DNA of 64,000 nucleotides from positions 8,180,205 through 8,244,204 of the forward strand of contig NC_069000.1 in the NCBI RefSeq assembly GCF_001194135.2. The letters run 5' to 3'. The notes beneath the pieces are model-generated. The model saw nothing but the letters and a program-made list of their open reading frames with translations. It searched no databases and had not been told where the DNA came from. How positions within the stretch are numbered: the first letter of the stretch is position 1; each line of letters opens with the position of its first letter. This document shows, piece by piece, positions 54,233 through 64,000 of the stretch. The position numbers and the translations under genes were made by a program. The stretch is from Octopus bimaculoides. Its lineage: Eukaryota.

Positions 54233-55200
54233 AATAGATACGGTGTTTAGCTGTTGACTGGATAGACGATACGGTGTTTAGCTGTTGACTGGATAGACGA
54301 TACGGTGTTTAGCTGTTGACTGGATAGACGATACGGTGTTTAGCTGTTGACTGGATGGACGATACGGTGTTTAGCTGTTGACTGGATAGACTATACGGTG
54401 TTTAGCTGTTGACTGGATGNNNNNNNNNNNNNNNNNNNNNNNNNNNNNNNNNNNNNNNNNNNNNNNNNNNNNNNNNNNNNNNNNNNNNNNNNNNNNNNNN
54501 NNNNNNNNNNNNNNNNNNNNNNNNNNNNNNNNNNNNNNNNNNNNNNNNNNNNNNNNNNNNNNNNNNNNNNNNNNNNNNNNNNNNNNNNNNNNNNNNNNNN
54601 NNNNNNNNNNNNNNNNNNNNNNNNNNNNNNNNNNNNNNNNNNNNNNNNNNNNNNNNNNNNNNNNNNNNNNNNNNNNNNNNNNNNNNNNNNNNNNNNNNNN
54701 NNNNNNNNNNNNNNNNNNNNNNNNNNNNNNNNNNNNNNNNNNNNNNNNNNNNNNNNNNNNNNNNNNNNNNNNNNNNNNNNNNNNNNNNNNNNNNNNNNNN
54801 NNNNNNNNNNNNNNNNNNNNNNNNNNNNNNNNNNNNNNNNNNNNNNNNNNNNNNNNNNNNNNNNNNNNNNNNNNNNNNNNNNNNNNNNNNNNNNNNNNNN
54901 NNNNNNNNNNNNNNNNNNNNNNNNNNNNNNNNNNNNNNNNNNNNNNNNNNNNNNNNNNNNNNNNNNNNNNNNNNNNNNATAGACGATACGGTGTTTAGCT
55001 GTTGACTGGATAGACGATACGGTGTTTAGCTGTTGACTGGATAGACGATACGGTGTTTAGCTGTTGACTGGATGGACGATACGGTGTTTAGCTGTTGACT
55101 GGATGGACGATACGGTGTTTAGCTGTTGACTGGATAGACTATACGGTGTTTAGCTGTTGACTGGATAGACGATACGGTGTTTAGCTGTTGACCGGATAGA
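54233..55200. repeat. 31-bp tandem minisatellite GATACGGTGTTTAGCTGTTGACTGGATAGAC spanning a gap (54420-54978)
   Basis: About 6 near-identical units before the gap and about 7 after, with no unique spacers. Confidence 0.97.
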
Positions 55201-55214
55201 TACAGTGTTTTAAC

Positions 55215-55332
55215 GATACCTTTTGATCGAATTTCTACCCGCTTCCCCTTTTTTCCTTCTCTTCCCAAAAAGAAAAGCTCTACTTTGTATTTTGTCCTCT
55301 CTCTGTTCAGCCCTGTGTAGCCAATAAAGAAA
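55215..55332 (+). mobile_element. Tx1/L1-type 3' UTR end
   Basis: ...tttgtcctctctctgttcagccctgtgtagccaataaagaaa followed by (tcta)n, homologous to the end of 14620-14680(-). Confidence 0.65.
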
Positions 55333-55333
55333 C

Positions 55334-55364
<31 letters not shown>

Positions 55365-55465
55365 AACTTTTTTCTCTCTCCTGCTTGCACTTTTTTTCTC
55401 TATCCTTTTCTTTCTTACATCCCTTCTCTTTTCACGTACGCACTTATGCACACATGCTTCCATAT

Positions 55466-55599
55466 ACAATGGGGTGCTGTGAAGTTTCCGGCTTTGAGTA
55501 AAAGAAACCCCAGGAGGATAAGTTAATTATGATTTTATTCAACGTATTCCCCTTTCAGATTCACAAACTTATTCCAGCAGTCCTTCAGTTTTAAGTCCT
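55466..55599 (-). mobile_element. Mariner element 3' end with terminal repeat, truncated by a gap
   Basis: Minus strand encodes LKDCWNKFVNLKGEYVE* (mariner RWxKCVxxxGEYVE), then a ...aaacttcacagcaccccattgTA terminus. Confidence 0.8.
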
Positions 55600-56416
55600 N
55601 NNNNNNNNNNNNNNNNNNNNNNNNNNNNNNNNNNNNNNNNNNNNNNNNNNNNNNNNNNNNNNNNNNNNNNNNNNNNNNNNNNNNNNNNNNNNNNNNNNNN
55701 NNNNNNNNNNNNNNNNNNNNNNNNNNNNNNNNNNNNNNNNNNNNNNNNNNNNNNNNNNNNNNNNNNGGCGGGCTTCTTTCAGTTTTCGTCTGTCAAATTC
55801 CTTCACGAGGCTTTGGTTGGCCCGACGCTATAGAAGACACCCAAGGTGCCACACAGTGGCACTTAACCTGGAACCATGTGGTTGGGAAGCAAGCTTCTTA
55901 CCACACAGCCACGTCTGTGCCTATATATATATATATATATATGGGCGTGTATATATAGGTATGTATAAGTATATATGTAAGCATATGTATATATATGTAC
56001 ACATGTGTATCTATGTGTATATATGTATATACTTATCTTTGTATATATATTTATATAGCCGTCTGTGTCTATTCAGGTGTGTGTATATACAAATGTGTAT
56101 AGGTGTATAAAATGAACTTGTTTTCCTTCATGAAATACACCACATGCAATACCTGCCTGTAACGTTTATTTCTTAATAAAGATAAATAAAACATCTCTGG
56201 ATATAAATCTTGCCACGTTTGTTTTTTACTGCTCGAGACAGCTGCAAAGATTGTTCGTATTACATGTTGCATGTACATACTACATGTTACGACATGTGAG
56301 ATGGACTACATACTACACACTACATGTACTCGGCTTCAGATGAATGGCTCTGATTGTTAACATTTGCAGGCGCTGCTCAAGGATAATCTATATAACTTAC
56401 AAATAAACATTTACAC

Positions 56417-56494
<78 letters not shown>

Positions 56495-57263
56495 NNNNNN
56501 NNNNNNNNNNNNNNNNNNNNNNNNNNNNNNNNNNNNNNNNNNNNNNNNNNNNNNNNNNNNNNNNNNNNNNNNNNNNNNNNNNNNNNNNNNNNNNNNNNNN
56601 NNNNNNNNNNNNNNNNNNNNNNNNNNNNNNNNNNNNNNNNNNNNNNNNNNNNNNNNNNNNNNNNNNNNNNNNNNNNNNNNNNNNNNNNNNNNNNNNNNNN
56701 NNNNNNNNNNNNNNNNNNNNNNNNNNNNNNNNNNNNNNNNNNNNNNNNNNNNNNNNNNNNNNNNNNNNNNNNNNNNNNNNNNNNNNNNNNNNNNNNNNNN
56801 NNNNNNNNNNNNNNNNNNNNNNNNNNNNNNNNNNNNNNNNNNNNNNNNNNNNNNNNNNNNNNNNNNNNNNNNNNNNNNNNNNNNNNNNNNNNNNNNNNNN
56901 NNNNNNNNNNNNNNNNNNNNNNNNNNNNNNNNNNNNNNNNNNNNNNNNNNNNNNNNNNNNNNNNNNNNNNNNNNNNNNNNNNNNNNNNNNNNNNNNNNNN
57001 NNNNNNNNNNNNNNNNNNNNNNNNNNNNNNNNNNNNNNNNNNNNNNNNNNNNNNNNNNNNNNNNNNNNNNNNNNNNNNNNNNNNNNNNNNNNNNNNNNNN
57101 NNNNNNNNNNNNNNNNNNNNNNNNNNNNNNNNNNNNNNNNNNNNNNNNNNNNNNNNNNNNNNNNNNNNNNNNNNNNNNNNNNNNNNNNNNNNNNNNNNNN
57201 NNNNNNNNNNNNNNNNNNNNNNNNNNNNNNNNNNNNNNNNNNNNNNNNNNNNNNNNNNNNNNN

Positions 57264-57302
<39 letters not shown>

Positions 57303-57314
57303 CATGTGTGAGCA

Positions 57315-57347
<33 letters not shown>

Positions 57348-58036
57348 GAAATAACATACATTTTATATACATGCATACATAAATACATATATATGTGCAT
57401 CTCTCTATGCATATATATATATATACATACATACATACATACATACATGTATAAAGCTGTGTTTGTGCAAGTACATGCACATTTGTCTATATGCATGTGT
57501 GTATGTGTACGCATGAGCAGCCACATGCATACATCTACTCGTACGTACACACTCACATGCAAAAAGAATACACACACACACACAAATATGAATTTGAATT
57601 TTTTTGTTGCGTTTTATCGGGAATGAAAACAAAATCTCTCCACATCATCTCTCTTTACATTCCCATCCTCACTCATACATATACATAATGCACATACACG
57701 TTTTGCACACACACGCACGCACACACACATATACCCCCCCCCCCNNNNNNNNNNNNNNNNNNNNNNNNNNNNNNNNNNNNNNNNNNNNNNNNNNNNNNNN
57801 NNNNNNNNNNNNNNNNNNNNNNNNNNNNNNNNNNNNNNNNNNNNNNNNNNNNNNNNNNNNNNNNNNNNNNNNNNNNNNNNNNNNNNNNNNNNNNNNNNNN
57901 NNNNNNNNNNNNNNNNNNNNNNNNNNNNNNNNNNNNNNNNNNNNNNNNNNNNNNNNNNNNNNNNNNNNNNNNNNNNNNNNNNNNNNNNNNNNNNNNNNNN
58001 NNNNNNNNNNNNNNNNNNNNNNNNNNNNNNNNNNNN

Positions 58037-58068
<32 letters not shown>

Positions 58069-59490
58069 TGTGCATAAAGCATTGAGTAATCCTTCAGTTG
58101 AATGTAAAATGGCTTTTATGATAGGTCTATGAATTTGTTTTGCAAGATTCCTGATATGAAACCGTATGTTGAAACAAATATTGTTATATTTCGGGTTGGT
58201 GTCTTGTTGTTGTTTTGCCACATAACCACACTCACTATATACTCGTTCTTCTCTCCAGATTTATTATTATTATTCTAATGTCCTTTGAAATCTTTCAATC
58301 TTTCAATACATAGTAACATGCCTTTATTATAACGCAAAAACGGACGAAATGCTTCTGAGCATTTAGCCTAACGATTCTGCCAGCTCGCCGCCTTTTCATC
58401 TACAAGTATTAAATTTATTCTAATAATTGTAAAATTTCTAAACATCACCGGAATAACCAATGTTAACTGTCATGATTTAACTGTCTTGCTACGAGTGCTC
58501 TTATTTCTTCCAGACAACTGCTCCTTTCCCCTCACTTATTCTCGCCTTCCTGTCGCTACCTAATAGGGTTGTTTTTTGTTTTTTTCCCAATATAGTCTTC
58601 TTCACTTATATATTTCCTTGATTTTTCTGTCTGCTGATCAGGCAGCAAAAGATAATTAGATATTTACAATTTGACAGAAAATTTAATAAGTCGTGGAAGC
58701 TAAGATATTTTGACAGTAAATCATATTATTTGTGTATTTAATTTAATGAAAACGTACAGTATTTATTTTAGTTTAAATTATTGAGGAGAAGGGGTTTATT
58801 TATAATAAGAGTTGTTCAAATGTTTCAAATTGGCTAAAAACCAACATTATTAAATGTGAAATGTGTTCTTTTTCAGTATTAGACATACACCTGTTACCTT
58901 ATTAAAACATACATCCTCAACACACATATACAGTTATCACATAGAGAGATAGGAATATGAACAACGCACATATATATATATAAGTCAAGTCATCCACAGT
59001 CACATCAAAATTGATGGCCATCATCCTTCAGACATTCGCACATCTATGGAATACTTGAAGGCTCACAGATAACTTCCAGTTTCAAAGCCATTATTTTTCT
59101 AATTCCACACACGTACACGCATTTATTGAGCAATTGTATTCTTATCAGCAAACGACGGAGATCCTCAGTCACTATCATCTTTCTCTCTCTCCTTCGCCTC
59201 TCTCTCTCTCCTTCGCCTCTCTCTCTCCTTCGCCTCTCTCTCTCCCTCGACTCTCTCTCTATGTATCTACATTCGCTGCTTTCTCCCAAGGAATCTAGTG
59301 CTTTTAGCTTAGTTTATCCTTGGGGATGACCAGATTGGAGCAATCTCGAGTAAATTCAGCCGAAATTGCAGAGATAATCTGGAACTCGACTGAAGAAAGA
59401 AAACTTCGAATGACCCGTCCTTGTTTTTTCTTGTTCCTTTTTTGTATCATCTGTCTGGATGTTTTGCGTTCTTGTCCCATTTTTTGTATT

Positions 59491-59533
<43 letters not shown>

Positions 59534-60522
59534 CATACACGTGTGCATGTAAATTAGAAAACAGTTCGATTCCTGAGAAGGCAGTTGGTTGTGTCCTTGA
59601 GCAGACACTGTGGTAGACGTCTTTAGAAAGCATCTCGTACAGACGTGTAGTGCTAAAAAGTAAAGAAGCATATCAGTTGCAAGCGAAAAGTGTTCAGCAA
59701 CGACAGTGGAATTGATAAATCCGTATTTCTACGTCTTTGCGCGTCATCAGTAGCAAGTACCCACCATCAACTGCATGTTTAGACAAATTTCATTTCTACT
59801 GAAAAGCATTGATTATCAAATCACTGGTGTCGCAAATAGTTCTTTTCCCCCCCTCTCTCATTCTCTCACACTCTCTCACCGACACACACGTACATATATA
59901 TATGTGTGTGTATGTATCTATATGTATGTGCGTATGTATGTATATTTATATGTATATGAAAGAGAGAGGATATACACTGAAGTTTTTTAGAAAGGGAGAG
60001 TAACAGACCTGACTGAGACAATCGATGATAATATAGGCTTATGTGTTAATTGATACGATGACCTATAGAGGTGTTACACTTCTTTCGAGGTCAACAACTA
60101 TCAGGTGACCAGGCGTCAGCCGTTAAATACTTTCTCTGGTAACAGAATAAAATTATGGGGAAAGGAACGAGACAATAACACGAATCTTCTTTACGTCGGT
60201 TGAACTCTGCTAAGTACTAGAAAGCGAGGGGAGTTAGACACATTCAGACTTAACGGATAATAGCAAGTGTGCATCACATTCTAGAAGAGGCAGTCAATTA
60301 AATGGAAGTTAATTGGATAGACATTATGTACAGTTATAAAAATGTATCACATGGCTATCTCGATAGATGAAAGAATCAGTGTAACAGCTAATTTAGTTGA
60401 AACACCCAAACACGACGATTGTTACTAGCGATATGTTTGTTTGTGTATATATAAATGTGTATATATATTTTAATGTATGTATGTATGTGTGTGTATATAT
60501 ATACACACACAATGATTAAATG

Positions 60523-60576
<54 letters not shown>

Positions 60577-60778
60577 CACACATATATATATATATATATA
60601 TACACATATATGCAATATATATTTTTTAATGTGTAATTACACACACATACATATTTAAAAACACGGTATATGTGTGTATGTGTCGAGAAGGGGAGAGGGA
60701 GAGTGAAGACAGAAAAAGACACATATATGCGTTGGAATGAAAGTTCACTCCTACATTGTGTAGCATTTGTATTTGCAG

Positions 60779-60853
60779 ATGAAGAATTGGAGATTCAAGT
60801 GTATATAACTTGTAGTTCTATAGGCGCCAAAACACGTGTCCAATTTATCGAAC
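60779..60853 (+). CDS. Candidate internal exon (xEELEIQVYITCSSIGAKTRVQFIEx), 75 nt, phase 1-1
   Basis: Acceptor gcatttgtatttgcAG, donor C|GTATGT, and an open frame between them. No homology recognised. Confidence 0.25.
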
Positions 60854-61129
60854 GTATGTCACGAATCAAACGTTAGCCGCTTGCGGTTTAATAGCCTGTT
60901 CGTTATTGGCCATTAGTATGCTTGGTTCTCTGTTGGCGTGTCACATGGTGGGAATTGTTGCAAGCTGCTGGTGTAAGAAGACTTTATGGGGCGCTATTAG
61001 ATACCAAAGGCACCGGTAAAACATAAGGGAAGAAACCCGATGAAGGTTAACTTTTGTTATAAGGGAGTCTACAGTCTATTCCCGGTCAGTCTATTGAAAT
61101 TAACCTTCGAAAAATACTTGCCTATACCA

Positions 61130-61640
61130 GTAATTGAAAACCACCACAGATTTGTTTTGTTGAGGAATATTACAGGCTACTTCTCGATATGCCATTTCTC
61201 TGACAAACATAGCATACAATTACGTTATTTACTACAATATGGGTGAGCGTTGTTGATAATGGAAAACCCATATTTTCTATCCTTAAGCTTTCAGATAAAA
61301 CGGGGCAGTGAAGTGGAGTTTATCCTGTTCCTAGCCCAGTAGTAAACTCCATATAGTTTGCTCTACGGTGTGGGAAGAAAGATGATTCAGCACAGTGGGT
61401 AAGTTGTCTTGATTTAAGGAGTGGTAGCTGGGTTTGTACGTAGAGGCTGCGTAAATAAATGTTTTCGGTTGTAGCCTGTGATGCTAGAAACGATATTGTT
61501 TACACGGCAATTTTTAACTTTGTTGTTGGAGAGTTTAGGGTATCTGTGTCTACCGGGAAAGGTATGCCTTCATAGAAACAGGTAATCTCTGGTAACATTT
61601 GCTGTATCATCTAAATTAAGGATGAAAGATGAACTAGATT
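61130..61640 (-). mobile_element. Penelope-like element linker plus GIY-YIG fragment
   Basis: Minus strand HTFPGRHRYPKLSNNKVKNCRVNNIVSSITGYNRKHL and KLKDRKYGF...NCMLCLSEKWHI...LNKTN match the PLE C-terminal pattern. Confidence 0.7.
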
Positions 61641-61900
61641 ATTTTCTACTTTCTGTTCAATGGCTAATGGAATTTTTTTTTTTTTTTTCATATTAACTAA
61701 ATTATTAAACCCACTCCTATCTACGAGACTGTTCTGTTAAATGTTCTCTTAACAGAATATTTGGAAATTATTTTGCTTATACCTGTTAACAGGTTCTTAA
61801 TTGTAGCTGGGGGAATTTATTATGGGTATACATACAGTTTCCTCGTCTGGTTTCTTTAAGAGTTGCGCTTACCTATCTTTGTGTCTAATCTCATATTCAG

Positions 61901-62182
61901 GAAATCAATTATCGTTTAGTTGATAGTATTGAATATGATAAAGCCGACTACATATCCTATTATATCCAGAAGAAACCTTGTTTCTCTCAGCAAGAAATCT
62001 ATGACGGCCAGTTTCAACAGACTGACTGTGAAGAAACTGCCAGAGAAAATTGCTCAATAAATTCATTTCCTAACGAATGTCAATCTGGGCTGATTTGCTT
62101 CCCTTACATTCTCCGAGCACTCTCTGGTGTTACATCAGCAGCTTGCAATAATTTCCACGATGTTACCCGTTTCGATCAATGA
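61901..62182 (+). CDS. Candidate Cys-rich terminal exon, 93 codons (EINYRLVDSIEYDKADYISYYIQKKPCFSQQEIYDGQFQQTDCEETARENCSINSFPNECQSGLICFPYILRALSGVTSAACNNFHDVTRFDQ*)
   Basis: CTAAT branch-like motif and tctcatattcAG acceptor. It lacks a start codon, so it is absent from the ORF track. Six Cys. It could instead be a decayed CR1/L2 ORF2 end. Confidence 0.35.
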   Translation, partial: EINYRLVDSIEYDKADYISYYIQKKPCFSQQEIYDGQFQQTDCEETARENCSINSFPNECQSGLICFPYILRALSGVTSAACNNFHDVTRFDQ

Positions 62183-62796
62183 GGAATCCATGCGAACGAT
62201 CTGCCTTTCAATAATGACCTGCCTTTCAAGATGCATGCGGCTAAAACTTCTCTCATGGCGTACATTTAATTTGTTAAACAAATCAGGAGCCAATGAAACT
62301 TCATGAACTCGAGTCATCAACTGTTCCTTTACATATGTTTTAGTATGATTGTGTTTAGCTCCATACTCATGCACATATAAATACATGGACACAAATCTTT
62401 ATGCACGTACACATATGCACAAACAGCTGTGTACATGCATATACGCATACAAATGTATAACATATACAGCGTATATTAAATAGTTAAATAACTGAGTGCA
62501 TGCTTACGTATGTATAAAAAGTTATGAATTTGTATTTCCCCTGTGTACTTATGTCTACATATACATTAAATATGATTTAAAAAGAATGAAAGATGAAGTG
62601 CATTAGCATAACATGTTTAAGAAACATCATGTTTTCTGTATGTTATTTTTTCACATCTCTTATCTATATTTAATGTATATATAATATATATATATATACA
62701 CATAGCAGTACACCTATTTAACTGTCTAAATATCCGTCTGTTCCTATGTCTCTTTCCTCTCTCTTCAATTTTTCTTTCACCTCCTCTCTCTCTCAC

Positions 62797-62836
<40 letters not shown>

Positions 62837-62847
62837 GATATAAACAT

Positions 62848-62878
<31 letters not shown>

Positions 62879-63049
62879 GCGCGCACGCACACAGACATTA
62901 ATGTAGAGTTTGAAGCTAGCTAAAAGCTTGCTATAAATCACATTTGTTCATTGAAATGAATACGAAATAGCTCTGTTATTACATTACGCAGACAGTTTAT
63001 TGTGTTGTCTATAAAATGTTTGTATTTTTCAACGAATTTTCAGGGGAAA

Positions 63050-63290
63050 AACTTGAGTTGATAATTGTAAATTTATTGTTCGGTGCGGCTGCCGACAGAA
63101 GACACCAGAAAACACCAGGCTGCAATAGCTGCCCTTTTATTGGCTTAAGGCATAAAATGGCTGCTCTTGCAACTTGGTGTCGTCTGCTGTTGCCATCTGG
63201 TAGTCTGCTGTCAGCTGTAAATTTATATGGTTCCTCTACCTGTTCATCCAATTTTCTTGAAATTGCAGTCGATACTTCGTTTTCTTACAA
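63050..63290 (-). mobile_element. Possible decayed RTE-type LINE reverse-transcriptase C-terminal fragment
   Basis: KLDEQVEEPYKF...DGNSRR..VARAAILCLKPI..QLLQPGVFWCLLS loosely follows LEQVEEFKYLG...DG.S..I..ARAAF..LKPI...LLYG. Weak. Confidence 0.3.
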
Positions 63291-63825
63291 TAACATAGTT
63301 CTGGGCTCGCTGTACATAGAGAAAAGATAGAATACTTTATCGTATAGTCCTACTCGATCAGAGCTGACAGGAGGTAAAGAACAACAGCAACCGGCCATTA
63401 TATTGCAGATAACTAAATAATTTATTCCGCTGTCTAAACTGTTCAAAAATATGTCAGAGACGTGACTGGCCGATTTATTCAATATCAGTATATGACAGCT
63501 ATTTTTGTTTTACTTCGTAATAAATTTTGAAATGCGAATTATTTAGTCCGGTAATTTAGTAAAATTATAGTGTGAACCGCTGTTCAAGCGGTTCCCCACC
63601 TTTTTGTTGGTGACAGTACGTTAAAATGAACTTTTATAAAAAAAAAAAAACATCTCTTGCGTATGCAGAAATACATTTGACTGTTTATTTTTGAAATTCA
63701 GTACATATCTTCTATGCAGTTCAGTCTCTTCACCCACCATGTATGTATGTATGTATGTATGTATGTATGTATGTATGTATGTATGTATGTATGTATGTAT
63801 GTATGTATCTATCTATATCTACAAG

Positions 63826-63882
<57 letters not shown>

Positions 63883-64000
63883 ATATATGTGTGTGTGCGT
63901 TCGTGTGTGTATGTATGCACGCATCTATGTATGTATGTATATACATATGTATATAAACAACTTATAAATAAGACCAAAAGAAGAAAAAAATTCTATGCCA

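Larger units (their letters stand above)
2399..58036. other. About 17 assembly gaps (N runs), mostly bordered by microsatellites
   Basis: Examples: 2399-2577, 9716-10322, 19640-20073, 46016-46738, 54420-54978 and 56495-57263. Confidence 0.99.

Noticed and set aside
54233-55200. 31-bp repeats as a CRISPR array
   Set aside because: The units are contiguous with no unique spacers, no cas genes are present, and the context is eukaryotic.
1811-58394. SINE heads as functional tRNA genes
   Set aside because: They are always fused to SINE core and tail sequence and lack intact cloverleaves.
62135-62392. 85-aa minus-strand ORF as a gene
   Set aside because: It begins in a microsatellite-like tract, has no recognisable motif, and overlaps a better-supported plus-strand frame.
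63016-63482. ORFs 63016-63330(+), 63009-63251(-) and 63285-63482(-) as genes
   Set aside because: The two minus ORFs are one frame broken by a stop, consistent with a decayed element, and there is no recognisable host-protein similarity.
1-64000. Most ORFs in the supplied track (poly-YI, HT, CV, LS, X-rich)
   Set aside because: They are translations of (TA)n, (CA)n or (GA)n microsatellites or N-gaps, with no coding signal.

Overview
Eukaryotic, AT-rich, draft-assembly DNA with about 17 N-gaps, nearly all abutting microsatellites. The repeat families point to a cephalopod, most likely Octopus (inference from recalled SINE sequences, not a database result). I found no intact recognisable protein-coding gene, and almost every ORF in the supplied track is a microsatellite or gap artefact. 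The window is a mosaic of: (i) di-, tri- and tetranucleotide microsatellites and three minisatellites; (ii) more than 35 tRNA-derived SINE copies from at least three families, often stacked head-to-tail in (ATT)n tails; (iii) decayed autonomous-element fragments: pogo/Tigger, Tc1/mariner, Penelope-like (GIY-YIG), Tx1/L1 and R4/Dong, plus weaker piggyBac-like and RTE-like pieces; (iv) hAT and mariner MITEs. The best second-look items are a complete minimal type-I hammerhead ribozyme fold (31315-31363, minus strand), an ~80-bp inverted repeat fused to a tRNA-like Pol III unit (26754-27151), a SINE carrying an L1/Tx1-type tail, an inverted Penelope ORF, and a few splice-supported orphan exon candidates (11099-11225, 60779-60853, 61901-62182). 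I cannot support a novel multi-gene system. Coordinates of decayed elements are approximate, to within tens of bp.
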